DNA of 61,696 nt, the filler included, from Choristocarpus tenellus KU-1152 (taxonomy: Eukaryota; Protista; Phaeophyceae), in assembly GCA_964200185.2 (NCBI GenBank). It is 13 parts of 13 records of this genome, joined end to end, with 100 filler letters (N's around TTAATTAATTAA, not from the genome) between each part and the next. Parts side by side here need not be neighbours in the genome. Positions count along the whole stretch, not along the records: positions 24,593 to 27,850 come from CAXNAD020021221.1; positions 27,951 to 30,806 come from CAXNAD020024167.1; positions 30,907 to 33,514 come from CAXNAD020026315.1; positions 33,615 to 37,387 come from CAXNAD020018005.1; positions 37,488 to 41,111 come from CAXNAD020018890.1; 8 more parts are not named here. One strand, given 5' to 3'. The notes beneath the pieces are model-generated. The model saw only the letters and a program-made list of their open reading frames with translations, was not told the origin of the DNA and did no database searches. Positions 24,986 to 38,134 of this stretch are shown in pieces; position 1 is the first letter of the stretch, and the number at the start of each line of letters is the position of its first letter. The translations under genes were made by a program, and so were the position numbers.

Positions 24986-25932
24986 CTGCTTCTTGAGGGG
25001 GTCGGATAGCACTCGATATGCCCTGTCCACACGACAGAACTGCTCGTCAGCATTGTGCCGTACTTGTCTCAGGCAAAGCATCCGCGCCAGAGGAGTCATT
25101 GACTGATCTTTGTCGACACCATTGATGGGAGGAGGGCATGGGGGGTGGAGATAGACTCAACGGCAATGGTCAGCAAACTTCGTGCAGACGATGAAAGTCT
25201 TCACAGAGCGAAATACGCAATGGAGTGCACCTCCCACCTCATGTATGGTCAATCAGGGATATTTTCAATAAAGTAGGGTGGTTGTAAGGGTTGTGCGGTG
25301 GCATAACCATCAATACAATCACAAACACGAACAAACATCTTCCATAGACACACACGCACACAGGCAAGCAGACTTGACCTCTTACATTCTCCTCTTGAGG
25401 AGACGCTCTCATATGGGCATTGCATGCCTTATCAGGGTGTAAACAGGACGCCAGGTGCAGGTACGCGGCCCGGATTTCCTTGGGACTTGCCATCCTGTAT
25501 TGCATGTACCCCGTAAAAGTTTGAACCATTTCGTTACATAACGAAATTGTGTGCGCATGATCAGACTTAGAGTGTGGGGGGTGCAGTCATGACTTCCTAT
25601 CGTCTCTTAGTCCGCGACCATGGAGGCAGGGAAGGATCTTCACAGTTGTTTATGTCACAGACAAAATCGCGCTCTGGTTCCAACCTACCGTGGTATCAAC
25701 ATACTCCAATGTACCCCTTCTTCGTGACCCAAATCACATCAAGTAATAGATCGGGAGATTGATAATCGTGCAATTGCATCGCAGCGAGGGAATTCGCCTC
25801 ACAGGTGCGATAAACTCCCACGATCGAGAGAGCATGCTTCAATATTGGGTGTCACTGCCAATAAGTTTCCCACCTGTCCACATTCAGCAATGTATAGCAG
25901 TCAATGCCATCTATTTCTGGGTTCGACCCCAT
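24986..25932 (-). CDS. DnaJ (J-domain) protein, 5' exons (DNAJC11-like architecture possible)
   Basis: Exon 25932-25874 MGSNPEIDGIDCYTLLNVD(R)|gtggga. Exon from 25494 MASPKEIRAAYLHLASCLHPDK (HPD motif). Exon ending 24986 ADEQFCRVDRAYRVLSDPLKKQ|gtgc. Confidence 0.85.
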
Positions 25933-26281
25933 CCTTATGACAGGAAAGATCGAAAACACGTAATACTATCGAAACGAAAATGTCGTAAGTATTACTTGTG
26001 CACCCCTTCGTCCAGAGTTGTTGGATGTATATGTTGTGGTTTGCAGCAAGTATTGAGGAATAGGTGAAGAGGAGTAGACCGACTATCTCCTAGTAACGCG
26101 AGCGCGCAGCTCGCGAAACCACGCCATACCATTTGTGTAGTAACTCCCTAAACTCCAAATAATACATTATGCAACCTCAACCTTCAATACAATCCATGTT
26201 ATTATACATGTGGTACGCTATACATGAAGTATATACATACAGATGTACATCCAAATTAAATCGACCCTTTAGTAAGGAACT

Positions 26282-26464
26282 GGCTCAAAGTATATGGGGG
26301 GGGGGGGGGGGGTGGCTGTCCATTTGGCGCGAATTTTTCCATTTCTCGATTTTTGTGTGATTCGGTTGCATACGTCAGACGAATGATGTAAGAGCACTTT
26401 TCCTGATTTTGACCCAAATGGACACCCTAGTGTAGGCCCCTCCCCCCCCCAGATACCCTGGGTC
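26282..26464. mobile_element. MITE subfamily B, full length (~183 bp)
   Basis: GGCTCAAAGTATATG(G)n ... (C)nAGATACCCTGGGTC; 3-bp TSD ACT/ACT. Confidence 0.85.
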
Positions 26465-27490
26465 ACTATCTGAAGTATTTGTTGTGGGTGCTATTTGAAA
26501 CAGTCTGTAAAGAGGTGGACCCAGTAGATTCCTTCTTTGGACCAAAGAGAGAAAGACCCGCCACACAGGAAGTTGGGGGGAGGAGAGGAAGGGATAACAA
26601 AGAGGGCAGACATACCAGGAAAAGGTATCTTATAAGTCATTCAGGAGTAGGACCGAAGTATGGAGGGCTGCGGTGTCCCGTCCTCTCTCTCTGTCCTGAT
26701 CCTGATGCCATGATTATTAAAATTCCAAATATTATCTATTGCTTTGCTTCACTCTATTACTACTATATTATTCATCATATTAGTGTGAGAGATCCCAAGA
26801 CCAGTGTTCAAAGTGGTCAAGGCAGTCCAAAGAAGGTAATAATGCACTGGTTGAGAAAAGGCAACGAGGACCATAAAAAAATAGAGAAGAGAAAAAGAGA
26901 AAAAGAGAAAAAGAGAAAAAAACAATACGGAGAATAGAACCTTCGAGCAAAAACACCATAAAACAGTGCAGTCAATACAAAAAAAAACATATCGACACTT
27001 TATCCCAGTCAATTTTGGGTCAAGCCCATCCTCAATGAAAAGCTCCATCCTCAATTTTTGAAATCGGCTGTTATAATCGTCAGCCAAATACACAGGGGGA
27101 CAAGAAGAAAGAAAATGGATATAGGATGCAGGCAAAATCAGTCCTAAAGGGTTATGTCATTCAGTAGACAGTGATAGTGTAGTGGTGGTGGCTTGGGTGA
27201 CCTTAGCTGCTGCTTTGGTGTGGCGTACATTACCTACAACAGCTTCATTAGAATACCGTTTACCCATGAAACTCATTGTGCCGTTAGCAACATATTCATT
27301 CATGTATCACTTCTGTTGGTTAGCGGCACTGGTACTCCAACCCTCAACTCCGATCCCAAACTTGTCAAGACTGTCTTGGAGGCATGGCCACCAGTTCTCC
27401 TATCCACATAGTTTTGGTTTTCCAACCGCAAGGTCTCCAAGCATCAATACTTATTTAGGGGGTCGCTCATACCCTAAGTGAGCCACTGAT

Positions 27491-27605
27491 CTAGCAAAGA
27501 GGAGCCTTCACTTGATCTCTGATGCCTCGATACTTTCTCACCCAGTCTTCATAAGAGCATTGTTGCAAGACAGGACATGATCGAGGTGTTCCCGTTACCA
27601 GAAAC
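27491..27605 (-). CDS. Possible exon of an unidentified gene
   Basis: Pyrimidine-rich acceptor ccgcag| followed by FLVTGTPRSCPVLQQCSYEDW with a candidate donor gtgaga. No family recognised. Confidence 0.25.
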
Positions 27606-27681
27606 CTGCGGATGATGGAAGCGGAGCTTAAGATAGTGGGCCTGGTGGAGTGGAAAACCAATTGATAGGTAGGTAGGTAGG

Positions 27682-27850
27682 GACCCAAAGTATCTGGGGG
27701 GGAGGGTGTACACCAGAGTGTCTATTTGGACCAAAACGAGGAAAAGTGCACTTTCATTATCCATCCAACGTATGGAACCAAATCACCCAAAAATCGTGAC
27801 ATGAAAAAATTGACCCCAAATGGACAGCCGCCACCCCCCTCCCCCGATAC
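27682..27850. mobile_element. MITE subfamily B (right end in gap)
   Basis: GACCCAAAGTATCTGGGGG ... CCCCAAATGGACAGCCG..GATAC. Confidence 0.8.
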
Positions 27851-28481
27851 NNNNNNNNNNNNNNNNNNNNNNNNNNNNNNNNNNNNNNNNNNNNTTAATT
27901 AATTAANNNNNNNNNNNNNNNNNNNNNNNNNNNNNNNNNNNNNNNNNNNNCAGTATATGATTCTGAGGAGGGGGTCTGGGGGGGGATGGGGGGGGGGAGG
28001 TATGCCTGGTTTGGATGCTGATTGAGGCTGCAGTATATGAGAATGAATATTCGATTATTTGGCATCTCCCTACTGGCTGGATGCTGAAAAGCGGGAGGTT
28101 ATTCTTCCTTGATTTAGCTTGATTCTTTCCCTTTTTCTAAAAAAATCTTATCTCTTTCCCCTCCTCAATAATATTATTTTATTTTTATTGCCAAAATTAC
28201 ATTAGTATATTCTTCTATGTTCTGCCGTCTTCAGTGTTTTTACGATGTCTTTTCATTGGGTTAGGATTAGGGTTAGGGCTGTTGATTAAAATCTTCAATT
28301 TTCCCCATCTCTCTCTCCTCTCTCTCTCTCTCGTGTATGTATATATGTTGTGTGGATATGTATGTTTAACTTGCTCAACGTACGATTGGAGACTTATCAT
28401 TTTCACACACACACACACATACACACATGTTATGTTATGTTGTGTGTTATGTTGTGTGTTTTGTTACGCCATCTGTGCTAG

Positions 28482-30222
28482 GTTCGTCGTCTAAAGAAGG
28501 ACATCCTCAAGAACTTGCCGCCTAAGCAGAGAATGCTGGTGGACATTGGGGTGGAGGATGAGGAGGCCCAGGACAATCTCAGAGAGGGTGAGAAGGATGT
28601 TTGAGTGCATGCACATAGCTTATGCATGTATACTTGTGCGTGTGTGTGTGTGTGTATGTGTGTCTATTATGTGTGTATAAATGTATGTGTTCAGGTATTA
28701 TGTATGTATACATGTGTGTATGTGCATATACATGTGTGCATTTGTTAGTCAATTAGCACTTTCTAGGTACACTTTTGGGCATTGTTCTAATTTTTTTGTA
28801 TTTTTTTGAGCGTGTAACAATTTTTTTATTAATTTTGCTTGCAGTTGTTTGTGTTACACAAATTGCGCCATTTTTTTTTGTTTTTCCTGTTGTTTCGTCG
28901 GTTGAAAATATACTCTGTTAAAGGTTGTTCAATGTAAGTAAAGGTATCTTAAAGCGTATATAATCCACACCAAATATGTGGAACATACGAATAGTGGAAA
29001 AAAGAAATGAAACAGGTGAGATTCGAAATCGCGCGTTCACCTTGCTATTTTTTTCAACAGGCTTTTGACATTTTTCCCCCTTTGAAACTGCTTTTTTAGT
29101 AATCCTCTTGTTATGGGGATATATATATATATATTAAGCTGTATTTAATCGTTACTCAATGCTTAAAGGAATTTTAAATTGTTTAATGTACACAACTACT
29201 TGGCATTTCAAAATATTTTAAATTTGAAATGTCACATGCGATGGGTTTTTTTGGGGGGGGGTTACGTTGTGCATCGTTATCGCACACACTTGCATTTCTT
29301 ATGTTTTTTATCTCCTGTTGGTCAGGGTTAGGGCTATTACTGCATACCAGTAACAAAGTATTTATTTATTTTCAATATCATATATATACATTTTTTGTAT
29401 TCACAGATTATGTCATGCTGGCTTCAATTCTCATTAGTGAACAGTGTGTGTGATCTCTATGTTTATTCCCAGCACGATATTTTTACACATTTTTTTGCCT
29501 GCTCACAGAATCCAAAGGCTTGGTGTGCCTCAAGTGGAATACCCATAACCACATTTCAATCACACTCAACTCTACTGTGTTGTACTCAAATCTGCAATAT
29601 TTTGTTTATTATATTGTGCTGTACTATGTACTCAACCGTTCATGGAAAAAAAAAGTTCATTTAGCTCTCCCCTCATATGATTTTTTTTTGCAATTCACAG
29701 CATATCTATTTATTATTTATTAAAATTATTTTTTTCTGACATTGTATTACCAGTAACATTACATTGAGCACACAATGCTGTGTTTGGCTCAAAGTATCAG
29801 GTGGGGGGGGGGTAAGGTGGCTGTCCATTTGGGACCAACTTTTTCATGTCGCAGTTTTTGTGTGATTTGGTTCCATACGCCGGATGGATAATGTAGGTGC
29901 ATTTTTCCTGGCAATGACCCAAATGGACACCCAGGTGTAGTTCCCCCCCCCTCCCTCCCTCCCCCCCTTCCCCCCCAAGACACTTTGGGTCTTTGTGTAC
30001 TGCGGGTCGATTTTTTTTTTTTTTTTTTCTTCCAGTTGTTTTTTTGTATAAGAGTCTATTGTTGCATCTTTATTTTTTTTAATCTTTCTATTACATTTTC
30101 TCTTCACTAATCTTTTTTTTTCAGATCTCAGTCTGTTGGCGCAGCAGGATGCTCACCTCGGTCGCATTGCCAAGGAGCAGGCCACATTACAGACAAGAGG
30201 ATGCCCCATAGCAACATCCCAG
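28482..30222 (+). CDS. SNF2-family helicase (SMARCAL1/ZRANB3-like), two internal exons
   Basis: Exon 28482-28587 VRRLKKDILKNLPPKQRMLV matches the SNF2 motif RRLK.DVL..LP.K.R. Phase-1 compatible exon 30125-30222 follows a poly-T acceptor. Confidence 0.75.
29786..29991. mobile_element. MITE subfamily B, full length, intronic
   Basis: GGCTCAAAGTATCAGG ... CAAGACACTTTGGGTC; 3-bp TSD TTT/TTT. Confidence 0.85.
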
Positions 30223-30416
30223 GTGCTTGCTTGCCTCGGGGTTTAGTTGTGAGAAACACTACCTTACCCACCATTCACTCTTACTCCGCAAGCCTGAGCC
30301 TTTTTTACATGCATCCCTAACCCTTGGGCTTTATCCCCTCCCCCGCTGCTAGTGTGTGTGTGTTCCTTTACCTTTTCGGAGGTATCTCGTCAAAAGCATT
30401 TTCCTTTTTTGAGTGT

Positions 30417-30526
30417 CTGCTGTAGTGGTATGGTAGTAGGGTTAGGGTTAACTGTAGTTCAGTATCAAGCGTGCTGTAGTGGTATGGTAGTAGGGTTGGG
30501 GTTAACTGTAGTTCAGTATCAAGCGT
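30417..30526. repeat. 54-bp tandem duplication
   Basis: TGCTGTAGTGGTATGGTAGTAGGGTT(A/G)GGGTTAACTGTAGTTCAGTATCAAGCG x2. Confidence 0.85.
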
Positions 30527-30906
30527 GTCACATAACAGTACGAAAGTCGAACTCTCGATTCGTGACTCAAAAGGGACAATGACGTGGAAAACTCCACACA
30601 ACCACATCGTATTAGCGTTGTCGTTGCTTTATATGTGTTTGTGTCAATTCAGATATTTCCCCTAAGTTCGTGTATGTATCACACCTACATCTACATGCAT
30701 TACATATATTATTCACACACACCCCAAAAGAACAAAATCCCACATCCATCACCCCCCCCCCCCCCCCCCCAACCCCTCTATATCCCTTCTCTCTTCTTTT
30801 TCTTCTNNNNNNNNNNNNNNNNNNNNNNNNNNNNNNNNNNNNNNNNNNNNTTAATTAATTAANNNNNNNNNNNNNNNNNNNNNNNNNNNNNNNNNNNNNN
30901 NNNNNN

Positions 30907-31947
30907 ACGCTCCCTAACTCTGTGGTACCACACCAGCATATCCTTGCCAATCAGCAACACCGCCGGGGAGGGGGGAGTGAGATGGGTCCTAGTCGATCTT
31001 TACATCCAATGACCAGTTCGTCAGAGAACACAATGTGGTCAAACTTTCTTTTGGATGAGGAAGAGGCAGAACCTGTCACGAGTAATGAGCATAGTGTCAG
31101 CTATTGTGACAAATGCGACAGAAGGGACGAGACAGGAAGTGCCCACAAAGAATGGGTGGCGAAGAAGAACGAAATGGGAGAAGAAGGCATCACATTGGTA
31201 CATACTGGTAGTGTCCAATTCTTCCACAAAGAATCCAAGACTGGTGACTTGGAAGAGCCAGCCACTAAGTCGGGCTCCACGCTCTACTTGAGGCCTCCAG
31301 CAGAGATGGTAGCGACCAATTCATTACCCAGCACAATAGAAGGAGGAAAGAGTGATATTTTCCCTGTTGGACCTGGCGAGATAGAATACCATGCCCACCA
31401 AACCCTGAGATCTGTCGTGGGGGACAAGAAGCTCAACTTGGACGGCTTGTGGGATAGTGAAGTGGAGGCCTTCTTGCACGACGATATTGAGGCTGATCCT
31501 ACCTCCGAAGGGGACACGGGGGTAGAGAGCATGGAAGTGGAATGTGATGCAGAAAGGGGATCAGGACTACCAGCGATAAAGAAAAGCAGTGCCAATGATG
31601 ATGGATTAAAGACCCTGAGCCATCAGTCACAACAGAGACTCAATGGAACTTTCCCACTGGCCAACGAGGTCATGGATCTGTGTACACCATTAGGGAGCTT
31701 CGATCTTAGCATTCATGATTCTTACAGCAGCTTCTTATCTTCGACTAGTGGGATCGGCAGCCATGTCACAGCCAACAGGGGAGAGAGTAGCTGTGGGAGT
31801 GGGTGCAGCACTGCGTCCTTGTTCTTCAAGGGGGTGCCTGCCAACAGTGAATTGAGGTTGAGAGAGAGTGGTGACGACAGTGATGGCGTCACCGAGCAAG
31901 TATACTCAGTGCTAAATGATGAAGATGTTATAAACATGCTTCTCTGA
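30907..31947 (+). CDS. Large terminal exon of a hypothetical acidic, Ser-rich protein
   Basis: ORF of about 341 codons running from the contig edge to a TGA. Low-complexity acidic sequence; no domain recognised. Confidence 0.6.
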   Translation, partial: TLPNSVVPHQHILANQQHRRGGGSEMGPSRSLHPMTSSSENTMWSNFLLDEEEAEPVTSNEHSVSYCDKCDRRDETGSAHKEWVAKKNEMGEEGITLVHTGSVQFFHKESKTGDLEEPATKSGSTLYLRPPAEMVATNSLPSTIEGGKSDIFPVGPGEIEYHAHQTLRSVVGDKKLNLDGLWDSEVEAFLHDDIEADPTSEGDTGVESMEVECDAERGSGLPAIKKSSANDDGLKTLSHQSQQRLNGTFPLANEVMDLCTPLGSFDLSIHDSYSSFLSSTSGIGSHVTANRGESSCGSGCSTASLFFKGVPANSELRLRESGDDSDGVTEQVYSVLNDEDVINMLL

Positions 31948-33447
31948 TTAGTTGAGGGGATGGATTAGTTAGATCTGGGCCAATCCAGTGGAAAAATAGG
32001 TCCCATCTATCGAAGTAGTAGTGATAAATAGAGTTTACGCCTGGATATGCTTGATGCTGTACCACCTGCCCTATCCCTGCCATCACGGCAGCACTGATGC
32101 GAGAGTAAAAGGTACAACATCTCTCGGCACTTCTGAATGCACAGGGGTCATCCAAAAAGAAAAATTTATGTGCCTCTTCTCAAGAAGGTGTTTTTTCCCC
32201 CTACATCCTTCTTGGGTGTTGGCATTCGGCCATCAATTTGTGTAGTGACAATTTTTTCTGTCAGTCCCATGCTTCCAGAGTTTTGACTAGGGGTTGCTTG
32301 GTGTATGTGTGTGATTAGTCGTTAGGGTATGGGGGCACCAGGAGTTGGGCGCTTCCCTTTACATCTTATTCATGGCAGCAAAATACTGAAGGAAGGACAA
32401 GAAGTTGTGTGGCATTTGTTGATGGCAATTGCAAGAGTTTCAGGTGCAGAGAAAGGGTTTCTGTCTCGCTTTATGTGCTTTTTTTAAAATTCCCAGCACA
32501 CCGCAGAACACACCTTCCCTCTAAAAAAGTATATCCTGCACTTCGGGTTTGAGTTTCGTCACTGTGTGTGATGCCTGTCCAACAAGGATTTGCTAGAAAT
32601 TTTCCGAAGATCAAGAACATTTGGAACAATAGAAAGTTAGTAAGAGTGGTGGATGGGTGGGTGTTGGAGTGGTTATGGGAGGGTTGAATGAACTATTCAC
32701 ACCTGGAAGACTAGATGTTGTCCCTCTGTTCCATCTTCGACAGGCCTTAGATACATAAAGAGTCACTGCAGAGCTGTGGCATAGAGGATGGAATTTCCAT
32801 GTATGATACATGAAAATGGCCAAGGTGTTGGAAACCCCCTATTTTTGAAGTGTGTGTTATCATGATCATTCGTTGATGCTCTCTGCATAATGAGCGAGGA
32901 TACATATACGTGTGAAGTAGGAGTAAAAAACCTGATCTGACGTGTGTATGTGTAGGTAGATGTGAATCCATATATTTAACACTAATAATAGTGTCGTGTT
33001 ATGCCGTGTATTGTGCACTTCTTTTTCGGGGAAAAAAAGGACTGAGGAAACAACAACTGGTATTACTCTGTCGCGAAGGATGAGACACACATAAGTCCTC
33101 CTTGTTGTATCTGGGCAAGGTGGTGTTGCTGGGAAACGGTTTCAACTATGAAAATTTCCGTTAAGCTGGATCGATTCCATTGGCTACAACAACCTCTATA
33201 ATGTGTATTGCTTAGCATTGATGCATTTGACTGGGAGATAGTTATGGAAGGGGAACATGATACGTTTTCTTTATTGTCTTAGTTCTGAATATGCATGCAA
33301 ATGAGCGTACCAACCTTGATCACAGAGCGAAAAGGGGTGAGGTGTGTCATATTGTGCAAAGGGGGATATTGTGAGGGGAGAAGGTTGTAGTTGGGAGTGG
33401 TTTTGCGTTTGTTTCCAACTAGAGTTCCTCTGTCCATCCTTTTATTT

Positions 33448-33514
33448 GGGTCAAAGTATCTTGGGGGGGGGGGTGTCGGCGTCCGTTTTTCACCCTTTTT
33501 TCGATTTTCACTTT
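33448..33514. mobile_element. MITE subfamily C start (partial)
   Basis: GGGTCAAAGTATCTT(G)nTGTCGGCGTCCGTTTTT, truncated by gap. Confidence 0.65.
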
Positions 33515-34273
33515 NNNNNNNNNNNNNNNNNNNNNNNNNNNNNNNNNNNNNNNNNNNNTTAATTAATTAANNNNNNNNNNNNNNNNNNNNNNNNNNNNNN
33601 NNNNNNNNNNNNNNGAATCCTATGTGCGCATTTTGAGAGTTTCTTTCAGGTTGAGTTTTTTTGCCTCCCCTCTGTTCTCCATCAATTTGCATGTCCATTT
33701 TCCTTGGCAGCCTCTCCTTGGTACCACTTCCACCCATCCCAATCGTAACCCTGGTGATGCCCCTAAATGTAACTCTAGCGATGAACCCATCCCTGACCCA
33801 AACTAGATTCCGGACCCGGGGCCCTACTGGTAGCCCTATCCCTAAACCTGCGCATACTGATATTGTCAACCCTAACCCTACAAGCACCCCTATCTCTCAC
33901 CATACATATTTTTACTCTTCACACAGGAACAACATCTGCAAATGCAACTGACGACAACACCCTACCAGTAAGTGCTGTAAGGATAATTGCAGAACTATAC
34001 GTTGGTGGCACGTAAGTATCATCAAGTACATATATACAGCACCATACAATACTGGATGATATTGTAGCAAGTGTTGTAGTCCGGATGACAGGGTCACTTT
34101 GTAGCATTATGCTTTGCTCATTTTGTTAACGCCGAAGGAATGAGTCTTGCCAAAATAAGGGATGTAAATTGGGTAGTAGTCTATAAATAATCAGTGATTC
34201 AGAAAGGTTGTGAAAAAAACAGTCCATGGTATAGCGAGTTTATGTTGTACTACCCAAGATAGTTGAAAACTCT

Positions 34274-34532
34274 GAGTCAAAGTATCTTAGAGGGTAGGGC
34301 CGCGTCCATTCGGGGGCCGAAATCCAATGTTGCGATTTCCATGTAATTTTATCCGTCGTATTTGTTAGGAAGCGTCAGTATCCTTGTTCCGGACACACCA
34401 TTTCATAACATATACATATTACCTACTCCGAAACATTTTGGAGTAGGAAAAATATCACAAAAACCCCATGGGAAGTCAAGCCCCAAATGGACAAACAGGG
34501 CAAAACTAGTACCCTCTAAGATACTTTCACTC
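34274..34532 (+). mobile_element. MITE subfamily A
   Basis: Near-perfect 23-bp TIRs; TSD TCT/TCT. Confidence 0.9.
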
Positions 34533-36127
34533 TCTTGTATCTTTATTCTCGGATACACATTGGACACAACTGTATTGGATGACCTGTATTGTAGTAGGCA
34601 AATGTAGACCCTTATGTTGTGATTGCAGTGTTATCTAGTTATTGCTTTCTTCCCTGTGAAACACTACAGGTTGTCAATGATACTTTTAAAGAAACGATTC
34701 CAGGTCTAAAGTGTTACTGCAATACCACCCCACCTACCCACCTTCATTGGGTCAATGTCCACTTCCTATTTCTTGATAACATCGACTCCCCACCACATAC
34801 CAGGACTCTCTTTACATATCGAATTGTGTGGTACTTTTTTCTCCTATAGCTGTGTAAGAGCACAGATCGAAATGGTTTCAACTACTCTTAAGTATAATAT
34901 ATTTTGGCAACATCTGCTGCAAAAAGAATTGCTACAACCGATTTCTCACTGTAATATGAAGAGAGGCCCTTTTGGTTCTAATATCCGAACCATAATAAAC
35001 AACTATGGAACGCATATTTTCTGCTAGTTTGTTCAATATAGACACTAGGGAAGGACCCACAAATTTCGCAAGGGAAACTTGGACTTTAGGCTTGGGGCAA
35101 ATATTTGGTCGACTCTTGATTGCTTGTGGGTTACCCACATGACTGCACCCTATGAATATTGTGAACTTATGCTTAGGTGATGGTGCCTAATAATAATTTT
35201 CCCGGTTGCCAGCGCCTGCTCACAGATTTAGTCTGATACTTTTTCTGGGTTTGGAACTCTGGTGTTGTCTCGTGAGGCTTCACAGTAGTGTTTTAGTCGT
35301 AAGGTGTGATGTAGACAGTAATCGTGAGTGACTTATTGATTCAGGAAATTGGAAACATTTTGAAAAGTTGTGGAGTGGAAGAAGAGACCTCTAGGTTTGC
35401 GGAAACCCAACACTTTCGTGACCACATTGGTTGACCAACAGCCTGTCACTGGTGAGCAAGCTAAAACTTGCCATGAAAAGAGGGTTTTCTGTGCCGCTAT
35501 GTCCTGGGAGATCGAAGTATAATCTGTGAACATGCTACAATGGAGCAATCGGGACAACGAAATTCAGGTTACATACGTCAGTAAAATCGCTATGACAGTC
35601 TGAATGAAGATAGGCATGCTGTAAACAAGCCATTCATGTTAACGTTTTTTGGGTGCCTCTCACTATCAACCTTTTGTATTGGTTCTTTGTGCTGCTACAT
35701 ATTGGTACTACAAAGACCTACAAGTTGCATGGATTGAACACGCAATGGAGTAATTAGCATCCAGACCAATAGATTGAGATTGGATGCAAATGATATTTAA
35801 TCATGCCCTCGTCGGCTGATTATAATAATGCACCAAGCCAGTCAAGAATGTATTGAGTTGTCTATGGGATACCGTTCAATTTAGTCTGTGTGCATTGGGC
35901 TGTGTAGGAGGGGTTATTGTCACCCATCATGGGGACTATGTAGAGACCTACATGGCTGCGGGTAATCAGCGCTCTCAAGACTGCTGACGAAACAACAAGC
36001 GGTTCAAACTTGTCGAACAAACTCCGGGTTCCAAAAATAATTGCATATGGATATGTGCAGAGAAGTGATTCGACATAGTAACAAATATTCGTACCTGAAG
36101 TATCCACTATATCTATGCCCCTTACCA

Positions 36128-36161
<34 letters not shown>

Positions 36162-37290
36162 ATGTTGCCAGTGGCGAGATAGAATATTGTAGAATATCAT
36201 GAATGGATGACCCCAAGAGTATTCTGGATATTATATATATAGTATTCGACTTTGAAGTTTTTCTCATATAGACCAGCACTCAAAAGATACTCCAATGTAT
36301 CGGGGCAAAAAGGCTGGAGCAGTATCCTTGACAAGAGATTATACTATGTATGAAGCGGCTCTGGACTTTGTCCTGACAACAGATGAGATGGACCTTAGGG
36401 CTCTTCAACTTAGTCCCAAACAACGGACAATAAAACCGGTAATGTAGATGCTCTCAAGCATGATAGTGTATCTCTCACAGTCCAGGAACAATTGTATACC
36501 AACAGAGGCTCATGCATTTATCCTGATATACTTTCACTGAGCCGCCTAGACCTGGAACAGTGGCGGTGTCTCTGGAAATTTCATATTGTCTTAATGAACA
36601 AGGAGTGACACGTGAATGGGATAGTACAATGCGGAAAAATTGTTAATTTTTGAAAAGCTGGTGAGTGTGAAGGGAGGCGTCAATTTGGCAGGAGACTATT
36701 TTGGAATCCCAATCCTTGTTTTAACTTCTGTATGTATGTACCTGATTCAAAGTAGATGCGAGGTACCCAGAGTTGCATATTAAGGGTGTTGACAAATATG
36801 TGCAAGATGCTTCTATTTTTGTGAATGCGTGTAGAACATTTTCTGAACTGTATTGAAATTAAATCCAAGACGGTCAAAACCTGGGTACCTCTCGTTTACT
36901 TTGTCTCTCTATGTGGAGCCCCAAAATACCTTTTTTCCCCACGAAAACCAAATGATGACAACCAGAAGTGGATCTTTATTGATAAAATCAAGAGTGGAGT
37001 ATCTTTGAGTTGCACCCAAACCCTCTACATACAACAGTGTTTCACTGCATGGTAGATAAAGTGTGGACCCAGGACATTTCCACGTTTTGCATGGTAAATG
37101 TTGTTACAGAGCTAAAGCACAATGACAGATGGTGGACATCATAGAGAAAGTAAAACGTCTCTGGGTGTTGTCCTGAACAATGATCAACAACTTTGTTGAT
37201 GAAAAGACTTCTAGGGCTGTCTAACAACCAATGGGCAGGACAAATTTGACCAAGCACGGGCACTCCGGCACCAAACATATTTTATTGTCA

Positions 37291-37387
37291 GGCTCAAAGT
37301 ATCTGGGGAGGGGGGGGGGTCTGCACCAGGGTGTCCACTTGGGCCCTGACCAGGAAAGTGCACTTAGACTATCCATCCAACACATGG
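37291..37387. mobile_element. MITE subfamily B (partial)
   Basis: GGCTCAAAGTATCTGGGG..., truncated by gap. Confidence 0.75.
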
Positions 37388-37553
37388 NNNNNNNNNNNNN
37401 NNNNNNNNNNNNNNNNNNNNNNNNNNNNNNNTTAATTAATTAANNNNNNNNNNNNNNNNNNNNNNNNNNNNNNNNNNNNNNNNNNNNTTCCCTGCAGTAT
37501 GTGTTTGCTAAGGGGAAGGGAGGAGAGGGGGGGGAGGCATCGGAAGGGAGTGG

Positions 37554-37554
<1 letters not shown>

Positions 37555-37590
<36 letters not shown>

Positions 37591-37748
37591 GAGGAGGTGT
37601 CGACACCAGGGTGTCCATTCAGCCCTGAACAGGAGAAGTGCACTTACGTTATCCGTCCGACGCATGCAACGAAATCACCCAAAAATGACAACATGGAAAA
37701 AAGGGGCCCCAAATGGATAGCCGCCACCCCCCCAAGATACTTTGAGCC
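37555..37748. mobile_element. MITE subfamily B with a long poly-G
   Basis: (G)n ... CACCAGGGTGTCCATT ... CCCCAAATGGA ... CAAGATACTTTGAGCC. Confidence 0.8.
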
Positions 37749-38134
37749 TTTGTTGCGGATTGGTTGGAGAGGGAATGAGTAGGTAGCATTTGTCTTGATA
37801 GGTAATGTCATAGGCATTCCGACTCTCTTCGAGTCCATCCTTCACTGGGCGGTGACTACGTCATTGGGATGAAGTATGAAATAAAAGAGGGCGGAAAATT
37901 AAGGGTCCCAAACACCTTAGTGGCAATGGACTTAAAGCAGGAATTCAATACTTGAATTGTCAAGTCGGGATTTCATGGTATCTAAGAAGATTAGTATCTG
38001 TAAGTGGTTCAAACTGTTCAATAGCAGAGAGGGATCTGTCTGGGCTACAACTCCTGTGCTTGTAACCTCCAACGAGAAACAAACAGGTAACGCAGATCTG
38101 GATACAGTGGCGTAAGTTGTTTCTTCTACCACAC

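Noticed and set aside
34620-37280. Possible decayed coding or viral sequence
   Set aside because: Only short ORFs in conflicting frames; no recognisable domain.
37432-37782. Poly-Pro/poly-Gly ORFs (also 15280-15468 and 30584-30862)
   Set aside because: Translations of G/C homopolymers in or near MITEs and gaps.
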